In this document: positions 51,136 through 62,628 of the stretch, one piece after another
Position numbering within the stretch: position 1 is the stretch's first letter
Layout of the letters: each line of letters begins with the position of its first letter
Assembly: GCF_006345805.1 (NCBI RefSeq)
Contig: NC_043010.1
Coordinates: 65,472,001 to 65,536,000 of the forward strand
DNA from: Octopus sinensis
Taxonomy: Eukaryota
DNA length: 64,000 nt
Direction: 5' to 3'
Translations under genes and position numbers: made by a program
Notes under the pieces: generated by a model
The model's input: the letters and a program-made list of their open reading frames with translations, nothing else
What the model was told of the DNA's origin: nothing
Database searches by the model: none

Positions 51136-51403
51136 AGACGTAAGTATTTGTGGCAGTACAACAGAAATAGTGCCGGACTAAAACTATTTGCCGTGGTTGT
51201 TTATGTCCCTTTACGTTCTGACTTCACATCCCGCTGAGGTCGAAGTTGCTTTTCAGTTTCATCGGCGTCGATAAATCGAATTGCAAGTTTATTACTGAGG
51301 CCTATTTAATCGAATAAACCCTCCGCCAAATTTTATAGCCTTGTGCTTGCGTTAGAAAATTTCTTCTTTCTCCTGGTATTTTGTCCGTTGTATCATACAT
51401 GCA

Positions 51404-51780
51404 CCCAGTGGTTAGGGCAGTGGACTCGCGGTTAAGGATCGCGGTTTCGATTCCCAGACCGGGCGTTGTGAGTGTTTATTGAGCGAAAACACCTAAAAAT
51501 CTCCACGAGGCTCCGGCAGGGGATGGTGGTGATCCCTGCTGTATTCTTCCACCACAACTTTCTCTCACTCTTACTTCCTGTTTCTGTAATGTACCTGTAT
51601 TTCAAAGGGCCGGCCTTGTCACTCTCTGTGTCACGCTGAATATTCCCGAGAACTACGTTAAGGGTGCACGTGTCTGTGGAGTGCTCAGCCACTTACACGT
51701 TAATTTCACGAGCAGGCTGTTCCGTTGATTCGGATCAACCGGAACCCTCGTCGTCGCAACCGACGGAGTGCTTCCATCCA
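51404..51780 (+). mobile_element. SINE head B with body 2
   Basis: Matches 15051-15428. Confidence 0.9.
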
Positions 51781-52557
51781 TTTATTAATTCAATTTATTA
51801 TTGCGTCCTGTCTCCTCTTTCACCCTTTTCCAACGAGATACACCACACGGGGCCACTGCGTACAACAATCACGTCACAATTTATATTTTTTCTCCTCTTT
51901 TTTAAGAGTGAAAATTTACATTGTTAATGAGAGTTATCTCCCTTGAATGCAAATAATTCGCGCGAATTTCGGTTGCTTTGAGAGTCTCTTCTACGTCTTG
52001 TTTAGTAATTATTTATACCAATATTTTACGATATTTTCCAATATTTTACGATATTTTCTTTAAAACAAATATTTTCAACCAATTCAGGTAAGATAAAAGT
52101 TTCACTTTTGTTTTAGATTTTGTAAATTAAACTTTTTTTAACGCTTTCGTAACTTAGGGTCAAAACTTTCTTTGGTAAAACGTATTGTTAACAATATTGA
52201 TAATTTTCGTTTTAGTTTCAGTTGTTTTTGCTTTTGCTTTTTCTCAGTTCTTGTTTATTTTATATCTTTTTGGAGTCGTACTTTTAGCTGCAAGACTGTT
52301 TTATTAAATGAAAGAAGAAAGCAGTAAGAAATGATAGCTAGACAACCAGTCAGAAATAGAGATTTATGTGTGAGAGATACAAATAGATAGTTTTATAAGT
52401 CGAGTAAATAATCATTTTCCTCAAAGTGAAGCTAGAAATAAGTTGTTAATAACAGATAATGATGACGAGGGGTGACAAGTCTGAGTAAACTTTTCGGCGG
52501 AGGTAAAGAATACGTACACCACCCGTTTTCGGTGTAACCACAGCCCTAACCTTAAAC

Positions 52558-52758
52558 CAGAGCTTTTCAACCAGGGTTCCGCCAGTACAGTCCAGGGGTT
52601 CCGCAAGAAGTTACAAAACTGCTAAAATCGGCAGTAATTTTTAATTCTCCTGTGCAGGTATGTGTGCATAAGACTATTAAATTATTGCACAGGGGTTCCT
52701 CGAGCCAGTGGAATGTTTCCTTGGGGTTCCACTCCAGCAAAAATGTTGAAAAGCACTG
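52558..52758. mobile_element. hAT-type MITE with 8-bp TSD
   Basis: TIRs cagagcttttcaac / gttgaaaagcactg; TSD ccttaaac at 52550-52557 and 52759-52766. Confidence 0.85.
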
Positions 52759-52927
52759 CCTTAAACACTGGGTCTGCGTGCTCATTACTTTCGCCAACGT
52801 TTCTCGGCGGAATTCCATCCATTTTATAGAAACTTCTTTCAAAATTCCTATTTTGTTTTCCACACATTAACTTGTGCAGGTTCAAGTATGTAAAACATTA
52901 AAGAAACCCAGCTGTTTCTTGCAATAA

Positions 52928-53310
52928 ATCATCATCATCATCATCGTTTAACGTCCGTTCTCCATGCTAGCATGGGTTGGACGGTTCGACCGGGGATCTG
53001 GGAAGCCAGAAGGCTGCACCAGGCTCCGGTCTTATCTGGCAATGTTTCTACAGCTGGATGCCCTTCCTAACGCCAACCACTCCGTGTGAGTGTAGTGGGT
53101 GCTTTTTATGTGCCACCTGCACTGGTGCCAGGCGAGGCTGGCATCGGCCACGGTCGGATGGTGCTTTTTACGTGCCACCTGCACTGGTGCCAGGCGAGGC
53201 TGGCATCGGCCACGGTCGGATTGGTGCTTTTTACGTGCCACCTGCACAGGTGCCAGGCGAGGCTGGCATCGGCCACGGTCGGATTGGTGCATTTTACGTG
53301 CCACCTGCAC
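52928..53310 (-). mobile_element. RTE-tailed SINE family E with internal 61-bp tandem repeats
   Basis: (CAT)n + cgtttaacgtccg...ccatgctagcatgg tail; ggatgcccttcctaacgccaacc core; related copies at 57685-57890, 59170-59545, 61505-61625 and 63095-63280. Confidence 0.8.
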
Positions 53311-53714
53311 GTTATATGTGCATTTAAAGCAAAAATTTTTTAGGAGCCCTTAAAATAGTATTGTGGATCCCCAATTTACTATTTTGTTGCATGGACACCC
53401 AAATTCTTATGTGGACCCTGGATGAGAACCATTGACGTATATGAAGGTCAAACCTTTGTCTATCTTTAAGTGACTCAAAGCATTTCTCATTCTTCTGTTT
53501 TGTTTTGTTTTTTTTTCATGCATAATATATCTAAGACTACATTCTCTAATGCCTCCCTCCCTTTTTTAAATAGTATGATGAGGTTTGAAGGCAATTTAGT
53601 GGCTATTTCTGGCATGGCATGGTACCATACAGAAGCTCTCTCATTAGTTCATGGTAACACAGTGCTGTATGTTATAGTTTTGTATGGTAATCTATACAAT
53701 TAGTTATGTTATTG

Positions 53715-54003
53715 TTTGTTCCTTCTCAAGCCACGCCTGGCTCATAAGGGCTGGTTTCCTTGGCGTATAGGTTCCCCACCTGGACAGGACGCCAGTCCGT
53801 CGCAGGTGAGCTGCAAGATGCAGGAGGAAAGAGAGAGAAAGTTGTGGCGAAAGAGTCAGCAGAAGTTAGCCATTACCTTCTGCCGGAGCCGTGTGGAGCT
53901 TAGGTGTTTCACTCATAAACACACATATCGCACGGTCTGGATTCAAACCCACGATCCCTCGACCGCGAGTCCGCTGCTCTAACCACTAGGCCATGTGCCT
54001 CTA
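53715..54003 (-). mobile_element. SINE head B with body 3 (V-domain-like segment)
   Basis: Head B followed by ...ctgcgacggactggcgtcctgtccagg..., resembling the V-SINE central domain (from memory, unverified). Confidence 0.6.
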
Positions 54004-54173
54004 CTACAATTAATTATAGTGCTACAATAATCAATGCAATGGACCACTCACCCTTGTAAATAATTATTGAATTAGTCATCATCTCATTATAGCATCATAG
54101 AAAATTATGTTCAACACCCAAAGAGACTCATTTTTGTTACATCAACTGTAAAGCAATGGGATTGGCCTTAGAC

Positions 54174-54423
54174 CAGTGGGTCCCAACCAGCGTCCACATG
54201 GCCCTTACGGGATCCACTCAAGATTTTGTTGTTAAAATTCATTTGCAATAAATTGGTTATACTTCTACAGCACACAAAATATTTTAACAATTTTCTTAAT
54301 ACAATTCTAAATATTATTTAATTATAAAAGTATTATAGGATTTTTAAATACTGAATGGGGGGTCCAGTAGAATCAAACAAGAATCAAAGGGTTCCATTGG
54401 TAAGAAATGGTTGAGAATCACTG
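54174..54423. mobile_element. hAT-type MITE
   Basis: TIRs cagtgggtcccaacc / ggttgagaatcactg; TSD ccttagac / ccttagat. Confidence 0.8.
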
Positions 54424-54544
54424 CCTTAGATAGTAATGTACAAAAATGTTTTTTTTTAATTCTTATAACAGTCATTAACTAATTATATATATATATATAT
54501 GTGTATATATATATGTGTAATATATATATGTATATATATATATG

Positions 54545-54597
<53 letters not shown>

Positions 54598-54661
54598 ATA
54601 GAAATGGTAAGACAACAAAAGAATGGAAGAGACCTCGATAATATGTAAATAGAGGAATTTA

Positions 54662-54890
54662 TCTGTAAAAGTAATATGTGACAATTATTCGGTAGCCATG
54701 ATAAAACTCCGAGTTCCAGATGTCGGAGTGGAAATCCACGCCACCATCTCTTCAGTTATCCAGTCATCAGAAAACATTTTTCCGATGGCCGGATAACTGA
54801 AGAGATGGCGGCATGGATTTCCACCTCAGCATCCGAAACTCAGAGTTTTATCATGGCTACCGAATAATTGTACCATATTACATTTACAGA
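54662..54890. mobile_element. Penelope-like fold-back (~113-bp arms) carrying hammerhead motifs
   Basis: 54662-54774 pairs with 54778-54890; plus strand gataa-CTGAAGA-gatg...catc-c-GAAA-ctc(a)gag-TT-ttatc at 54792-54852. Confidence 0.7.
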
Positions 54891-54900
54891 TATATATATG

Positions 54901-54923
54901 TTGCTTTTTTGGTTTTTTTTCAG
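54901..54923 (+). promoter_or_regulatory. Polypyrimidine tract and 3' splice acceptor of the zinc-finger exon
   Basis: ttgcttttttggtttttttttcag|a; in-frame TAA at 54948-54950 precedes the ATG at 54972. Confidence 0.7.
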
Positions 54924-54971
54924 ATTCGGAATTGGAAAAGGAAAGAATAAAAATTCACATTGTGTGACAAA

Positions 54972-56924
54972 ATGCCTCAAAAATTGTATCAGCTGCCACA
55001 GCAACCATTAAAAACTGCCCCATTGGTATCAAAGAAGTTTTTCTGCAAAGTTTGTGGGAAAAGTTATACAAGAAATTTCTGCCTGAAAATTCACATGACG
55101 TCTCACACTGGAGTAAAATCCTATCGCTGTGAAATCTGTGGTTGGTGCTGCGACTCTAACTACATCCTGAAAGTACACACCAGAAGCCACACTGGGGAGA
55201 AGCCATTCAAATGTGTGATGTGTCGTAAAGCTTTCTCAACAAATGCAGTGTTGAAGCTCCACATGAAGAGACACGCTGGGGAGAAGCCTTTCCGTTGCAA
55301 CGTCTGCACTGTTAAGGCATTTGTCACCAAATCTGAGCTAAACCTTCACCTGAGAAGTCACTCCATTGAACAGCAATTTGTTTGTGTTACTTGCCACAAA
55401 GGCTTTGTGAAAATGTCACTGCTAAAGATCCATGAGCGGATTCACTCTGGGGAGAAACCCTATAAATGCAAGCTGTGTGATCAATGGTTCCGGACGAATT
55501 CGATTTTGAATGTTCATACCAAAAGACACATGGCAGAAAAGCCACACAAATGCGAGATTTGTGGGAAAAGTTTCAAGACAAAATCAGAACTGACCATCCA
55601 CAAAAGGTACCACACTGGAGAAAAACCCTATACATGTGAAACATGTGGTAAAGGTTTCTCTGTAAATTCCGATCTTAAATTTCACAGACGTATCCATACA
55701 GGTGAGAAACCGTTTCTCTGCATTATATGTGGTAAAAGTTTCAAGCTGAAAAAAGAGTTGAAAATTCATACCAGGACTCACACAGGTGAGAAACCATTTA
55801 GTTGTGATACCTGTGGAAAGAAATTTAGCACTAATTATAGGCTGAAGATTCACGCTCGAGTTCACACAGGTGAGAAACCTTACCAATGTAGTGTGTGTGA
55901 CAAAAGTTTTACAAATGGCACAAATCTAAAAGTTCATACGTTGGCACATTCTGGTGTGAAATCTTGGCTGTGTGAGGTGTGCAATAAAGGATTCTATACA
56001 AAAAAGGATTTAAATTTTCATAGTAGATGCCATACTGATGAAAAGCCATTTGTATGTGCTGTGTGTGGCAAGGCTTACCTGAGGCAAAAAAACCTAAGGA
56101 GGCACATGTTTTCTCATACAGGTGAAAAACATCATCGTTGTAAAATATGTGGCAAAGTTTTTCACCAAATTTCCGACTTGGTCATTCACTCCAAATTGCA
56201 TCAAACGAACGACAGTCACGAGGAAGAGGTTATGAACAAACAACTCAAGGCTATCAGAAACCAGCTTCGATGCGCTGTGTGTAAGTTGTGCTGTCCTTCT
56301 GATTCTTCACTGAAAAACCACTTGGAAACACATGCCGGAGAGAAACCGTATCCTTGTGAGGTTTGCAGTGAAAGGTTCTCTGCTTTGTCTCAGGTAAAGG
56401 CTCACATGCAGACGCACAACAAAGAGAAATGTTACATGTGTAAGGTATGTGGGAAAGGCTATACTAGGAAATCTTACTTGAAGGTTCATTCAATGATCCA
56501 TACTGGAGAGAAACCATTTCATTGTGATATCTGTGGCAAAGGTTTCATCACTACTTCACAGTTAAAGACTCACAAGATTGTTCACAGCAAAGAAACAAAG
56601 AATACTTGTAAAGAGTGTAGGAAAGGTTTTACTACATCAGAACAGTTACAGCTTCACCTCAAAGTGCATTATAGTGAAAGGCAGTTTCCTTGTGATGTTT
56701 GTGGTAATCGCTTCAGGTCTACCAGTCATTTGAAGTCGCATATGGTCACTCATACAGGTGAGAAGCTGTACCAATGTGAACAATGTGACAAGGCATTTGC
56801 ACGAAGTTCTACCTTAAAAATTCATTTGAGGACCCACTCAGGTGCAAAACTTAACAGCCCTTCTCAGTGTAGCGAATCTACTGAACTGAACAGCCATAAG
56901 CAGACTCCTGTCAGCAACGTGTAG
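54972..56924 (+). CDS. Multi-finger C2H2 zinc-finger protein, 650 aa, 21 fingers (14 + 7), no KRAB/SCAN/BTB
   Basis: 21 CxxC-x12-HxxxH motifs with TGEKP-type linkers; the ORF track starts at TTG 54960, and the first ATG is at 54972. Confidence 0.95.
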   Translation: MPQKLYQLPQQPLKTAPLVSKKFFCKVCGKSYTRNFCLKIHMTSHTGVKSYRCEICGWCCDSNYILKVHTRSHTGEKPFKCVMCRKAFSTNAVLKLHMKRHAGEKPFRCNVCTVKAFVTKSELNLHLRSHSIEQQFVCVTCHKGFVKMSLLKIHERIHSGEKPYKCKLCDQWFRTNSILNVHTKRHMAEKPHKCEICGKSFKTKSELTIHKRYHTGEKPYTCETCGKGFSVNSDLKFHRRIHTGEKPFLCIICGKSFKLKKELKIHTRTHTGEKPFSCDTCGKKFSTNYRLKIHARVHTGEKPYQCSVCDKSFTNGTNLKVHTLAHSGVKSWLCEVCNKGFYTKKDLNFHSRCHTDEKPFVCAVCGKAYLRQKNLRRHMFSHTGEKHHRCKICGKVFHQISDLVIHSKLHQTNDSHEEEVMNKQLKAIRNQLRCAVCKLCCPSDSSLKNHLETHAGEKPYPCEVCSERFSALSQVKAHMQTHNKEKCYMCKVCGKGYTRKSYLKVHSMIHTGEKPFHCDICGKGFITTSQLKTHKIVHSKETKNTCKECRKGFTTSEQLQLHLKVHYSERQFPCDVCGNRFRSTSHLKSHMVTHTGEKLYQCEQCDKAFARSSTLKIHLRTHSGAKLNSPSQCSESTELNSHKQTPVSNV

Positions 56925-57206
56925 TGAATATTAGGATGACATTTCTAAGATACTAAACATTGATCTAGGTTGAACTGGTAAGTAAAGTGTCAGCTTTTCT
57001 GCCAGTATGTTTTAAATACATAACCAGGTTTGTAGTACAAGTTGTGTTGCATGGGCAATCATTGCAGCCATCCTTTGCTTCCAATCAAACTGTTTCTAAA
57101 CGATAAGTACTTTAACCATATTTCCATTGAAGTACATCCCCTTCATTTCAATTAATTTTGAAAATAACGATGAATTTAATAAAATAATTTTGTCATTATT
57201 AAACCA

Positions 57207-57510
57207 AAGGCAGCAAGCTGGCAGAATCATTAGCACGCCAGGCAAAATGCTTAATGGTATTTCATCCGTCTTTACGTTCTGAGTTCAAATTCCACTGAGG
57301 TCAACTTTGCCTTTCACCCTTATAGGATCAATAAATTAAGTACCAGTTGCATACTTGGGTCGATCTAACTGACTGGCCTCCTACCCCAAAATTTCGGGCC
57401 TTGTGTCTAGAGTGGAAAAGAATAAATTAGATACCAGTCAAGTACTGGGGTCGATGTAATTGCCTATCCTTCTCCTCACAAATTCCAGGCCTTATGCCTA
57501 TAGCAGAAAT
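57207..57510 (+). mobile_element. Family D-related SINE with heavy CpG decay
   Basis: aggcagcaagctggcagaatcattagcacgccaggcaaaatgcttaatggtatttcatcc vs ggcgagc...gggcgaaatgcttagcggtatttcgtc in the younger copies. Confidence 0.85.
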
Positions 57511-57904
57511 GATTATTAAACCAGTTTATGGAACATAAATTAACGTGATATTTTGCCGAAAGCTTTTAATTTAGATTACTTTAAAACAAGTTTGTATCAT
57601 AGAACTGGAAGTGTTTGTTAAAAGGACGAAAAATAGTTGTGAATGGATTTGTAATATACTTTTGAAAAAGGAGTTTGTTAGTATTTCATCATCATCATCA
57701 TCATCGTTTAACATCCGCTTTCCATTCTCGCATGGGTTGGACGGTTCAACTGGGGTCTGGGAAGCCCGAAAGCTGCACCAGGCCAGTCAGATCTGGCAGT
57801 GTTTCTACAGCTGGATGCCCTTCCTAACGCCAACTACTCCGAGAGTGTAGTGGGTGATTTTATGTGCCACCGACACAGGTGCCAGACACATTTAGGTTCC
57901 TCAG

Positions 57905-58130
57905 ACCCTTTAGCATTTAAACCGGTTATATCCAGCCAAAATAGTCCAGCTGTTTTATGTTGAAACTGGCTAGCTCTGGTTTCGCACACCAACCCTTATA
58001 TATAATTCTTAAATATTAACAGTTATCTTAACAAAATCTTAAAGCTACAACATAATGCATGATCAATTCAAAACAATGTTAATTAATAAACATTACATTT
58101 GACAGAGTAATCAGAGTGCTAAAGAGTTAA
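57905..58130. mobile_element. TTAA-type (piggyBac-like) MITE
   Basis: accctttagcat...gtgctaaagagttaa; homologous to 62400-62628. Confidence 0.65.
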
Positions 58131-58284
58131 AGAAATATTAACCAGCCATATCCAGCCCCAGATATTCTACCAGTTTTTGTTCAGACTGACTGGATCCAGC
58201 TTCTCACACTAACCCTACAATATCATTCTAAAAATATACAGTCACATGACTTTGAAACTCAAAGCTAAATGATAAAGTACAATC

Positions 58285-58447
58285 AGGCGAAGGAGTAGCT
58301 GTGTGGTAAGTAGCTTGCTTACCAACCACATGGTTCCGGGTTCAGTCCCACTGCGTGGCACCTTGGGCAAGTGTCTTCTACTATAGCCTCGGCCCGACCA
58401 AAGCCTTGTGAGTGGATTTGGTAGACGGAAACTGAAAGAAGCCCGTC

Positions 58448-58505
<58 letters not shown>

Positions 58506-58698
58506 TTGTGTTTGTCCTCCTAGTATTGCTTGACAACCGATGCTGGTGTGTTTATGTCCCCGTCACTTAGCGGTTCGGCATAAGAGACCGATAGAATAAG
58601 TACAGGGCTTACAAAGAAAAAGTCCCGGGTCGAGTTGCTCGATTAAAGGTGGTGCTCCAGCATGGCCGCAGTCAAATGACTGAAACAAGTAAAAGAGT
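58285..58698 (+). mobile_element. tRNA-like SINE, family A
   Basis: Matches 6096-6525. Confidence 0.9.
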
Positions 58699-59588
58699 AA
58701 TCAATTCAAAACAATGTGAATAAATAAGCCTTATATTTGACAAAGGAATCTGAGTGCTAAAAGGTGAAACCAGCCTTCGTACTTGGCTGATCCTTTTATT
58801 GATCCCCATCCCACACCACTCTCAAAAAGGCGAAAAGAAAAAAGTTGGCCTCAGCAGGATTTGAACTCATAACATTAATGACTCTCTCTAAACCGTACAA
58901 GCATTTTGCCCAGCATGCTAATGTCTCTGCCACATTAATTCAGGAGCAGACAACTGAGTCTTCATTGCTAAACAACAGGGAATCATAAACCCAGTGTTGT
59001 TCCATATTCCTCAGTAATACACTGTCCTTCACATCTTAACTCTTAGTCTAATAATAAATTAGTTTCGCAGGGGAAAAAAGGACTCATTTAGACATTTCTG
59101 CACCCATAAAGTTATATGGGTTCAGTTTCATTCTCACTACACAGCACTTTGGCTTATATATATATATAATCATCGTCATCATTTAACGTCCATTTTCCAT
59201 GCTGGCATGGGTTGGATGGTTTGACTGGGGTCTGGGAAGCCAGGAGGCTGTACCAGGCTCCAGTCTGATCTAGCAGTGTTTCTACTGCTAGATGCCCTTC
59301 TTTACGCCAACCGCTCTGAGAGTATAGTGGGTGCTTTTTACATGTCACTGGCACAAGGGCCAGAGGCGGCTGGCATTGACCCTGTTTAGATGGTGCTTTT
59401 ACATGCCACCAGCACGGGAGCCAGTCAAGGCAGTGCTGGCATTGGCCATGTTCAGATTGTGCTTTTTATGTGCCACTGGCACAGGAGCCAGTCAGGGCAA
59501 GGGGGCTGACATTAATCACATTCTGATGGTGCTTTTTACATGTGTTTATATACATATATATATATATTTACATATACACACACAAATG

Positions 59589-59623
<35 letters not shown>

Positions 59624-60367
59624 TTCACTCTGTAAGTTGAAGCCTGGTGCAGTCTTCTGGCAAACTGTCCAACCCATGCCAGCATGGAAAACAGATGTTA
59701 GATGATGATGATATTACTTTTTAAAATTCACTCTACAGATGTTCTATAGAAATTAAGCCATGTGTGTTTCTGGTGGATGGTTAATGGTTTGGATGTGGGA
59801 CTGAGAAAAAGCAACAATTTCTGAGATATGTATATACACCTATTGACTATTCTTCTGTCTTCGATCAAATTGTTTACATAGACTTATTCATTTATTAAGT
59901 GTCGTAACTTTAACCTTTGAAAACCCCTCATGGTGCCAGTAGTTGATAAGTTTTGGGGTTTTTTTTTCCACAAACAACTTGCAGATGCAAGTACTGTAAG
60001 TTGAAAGCCCTCCATGCTGGATGCTAGCAAGCTTACAGGGTCGTCAGGAAAGAATACATGCCATTTTGGGGTCTTCTTCTCGATGACATTCTTGCACACC
60101 AGTGCCACTTGCAAGATCAACTGGTCACTGGGTTTTACTCAGTATTCTTCTAGCCATTGTCCATCATCTCCTTTTAACCAAATCCAGTGGCCTGCCTTCT
60201 CCACTGTAGCCTGGATATTACTCATAATGACATCTACTTTAGGCCTAACAACAACAATCCCCTCACACAATTTCAGTCACTGTAATCTAAACATAGGCAA
60301 GACTTTAACCCTTGGAAACTCCTCATGCTTTCAGTGGTTGATAGTGTGTGTATATATATATATGTGA

Positions 60368-60668
60368 CTGTAACCGACCAGGCTATCAGATGTTGCTAGA
60401 CATCGCTGGTCACAATACGCTTCGCATTGTTTTAGCCTTCAAATGACGCCACCCCGCTGGCTAAGTGAGCAGGCCGACAGAAGAAGGAATGTGAGAAAGT
60501 TGTGGCGAAAGAGTACAGCAGGGATCGCCACAATCCCCTGCCAGAGCCTCGTGGAGCTTTAGGTGTTTTCGCTCAATACACACCCATAACGCCCAGTCTG
60601 GGAATCGAAGCTGCGATCCTACAACTGGGAGTCTACTGCCCTAACCACTGGTCCATTGCGCCTCCACA
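60368..60668 (-). mobile_element. SINE head B with body 1
   Basis: Matches 26124-26420. Confidence 0.9.
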
Positions 60669-60675
60669 CACATAT

Positions 60676-60736
<61 letters not shown>

Positions 60737-60804
60737 CATACACACGGACGTATGTTTTCATGTACCTATGGACTTTATACAAAATAAAAAGTCTGCCTCC
60801 TGTC

Positions 60805-61013
60805 TTAACCCTTTTGATTTCAGCCCATCTGAACCTGTTCTTGGGACTCATAAAAACTTTTTAAATTTTCTAAATGGAAACCTTTCATCAAAATTCCATG
60901 TTCATTAATGTTCCGGACACCAGTTTAATAATGACACTTATTTTAATAAACTCGTTATTTTCTTGTAGCAAAAACAGTGTATTTCTACAAAAATATGACA
61001 ACAAACGGGTTAA
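60805..61013. mobile_element. TTAA-flanked MITE
   Basis: ttaacccttttg...aaacgggttaa. Confidence 0.55.
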
Positions 61014-62399
61014 GAAAAATACTTTAATTAAACATTTGATTCATGCATTTTTGTATAATCCTTGTCAAGGTAGTGAAAAATCAATTATCTCTACAACCAA
61101 CAATTTACCCTCTTCACAATCCTGCCATGGATACCCTAGAAATTCTTTTACATTTTACTGTTTTATTTGACATTAAAATATTTCATTGTTGATATTTGTA
61201 CTTTGGCATGTTTTGATGTATTTCTTTGTGTATAATCTGCACATTTTGTTTTTCTTTAATTTGTAGGTATGGTTATGTGGTTAAGAAATTTGCTTTGCAA
61301 CTATTTAATTTCAGGTTCAGTCCCACTCTTTGGCACGTTGGACACTTGCTAAGGTCCCTAGCCAACCATGAGTGAATTTGGTAGGCAAAAACTGAATGGA
61401 GTAAGTTGTATTCATTTACTTGTTTTTACATCAGTTTTTCTTTGCTACCATGGGTTGAATAAATATATTGGTGTCATGTAAAAATACACCCAGTCCACAT
61501 GAATTAGTTGGCATTAGAAAGGGTGCCAAGGCAGACAATAGAGTTTGGCACAATCTTCTAACTTCCAAGCTCCTGTTGAACTGTCCAGCCCATGCCAGTG
61601 TGAAAAATGGACATTAGATGTTGATGATCTCGGGGATATTATTTTGCAGCCAAATGCCCTTCCTACCACTAATCTTTATTTTCCAAATAAAGGACCTCTT
61701 ATTTCACATATCTTCCAACTTGCAAAGTCTGTTGACAATTTAGTGACAACAGAAATACAAACAACATCACTGCTCACTGCCTGCAGCTTGCAACAGTTGG
61801 AGAAATACAAATGTAAATACACACACACATATTTATATATGACAGGCTGCTCTGTTTCCATCTGCCTGGTTGTAGAAATCCACTGCAATGAAACACATCT
61901 AACCCATGCAAACATGGAAAAGTAGATGTTAGAATGATGATGTTGAAGATAAAGATTATGTGAATTCCTCAGTAATTATTTGTGCTTGGGGTGGCATTTA
62001 CTCAGGGTGGGTTGAGCTGGCTCCACCAAGTTCACCACGTTCCTCATGAATGCTGACCACATCCAAAACTTGCAAATTTGTCAATTGCCCCACTGGCAGA
62101 GCGAGTGTGTCGAATGGTGCAGATGCCATAGCCATCATTCGTCATTAAGGTGAAGAACACCTGTTTGAAGTTTCAGTCGGAATATTGTCAATGGTCGCAG
62201 ATGATTTGCTGACCAAGTCACCCCCAATTATCAGAGCAAACGTAGCCAGGGTTTGAAGTGATTTCTAGAGACGTTCTTTAACAAGAGCTGAGGGATGCCT
62301 CATTCCCAGTAGCCTTCCAGCGTGCCAGACATGAACCTGGAATTTCTGGGGGGGCCCATACTAGAGTTCCCCAGTGTTGGTGTTTCACCAAGTTCATTG

Positions 62400-62628
62400 T
62401 TAACCCTTTAGCATTTAAACCGGCCATATCCGGCCAGAAGTATTCTGCCTGTTTTATGTTCAAACTGGCCAGATCTGGTCTCTCACACTAACCCTACAAT
62501 ATCGTTTTAAAAATTCACAGCTACATCATCATAATCTCATAGCTACAAGATAATGCATGATTAGTTCAAAGCAATGTGGATAAAAAAGGATTAATTTTGG
62601 CAGAATAATGCGAACACTAAAGTGTTAA
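62400..62628. mobile_element. TTAA-flanked (piggyBac-like) MITE
   Basis: TTAA-cccttta...ctaaagtg-TTAA. Confidence 0.75.

Noticed and set aside
54960-54971. TTG start for the zinc-finger ORF given by the track
   Set aside because: Eukaryotic gene; the first ATG at 54972 is the more plausible start
59900-60340. Coding-like unique sequence on the minus strand (also 62020-62400)
   Set aside because: Interrupted by stops with no recognisable motif; probably old transposon debris, not assignable
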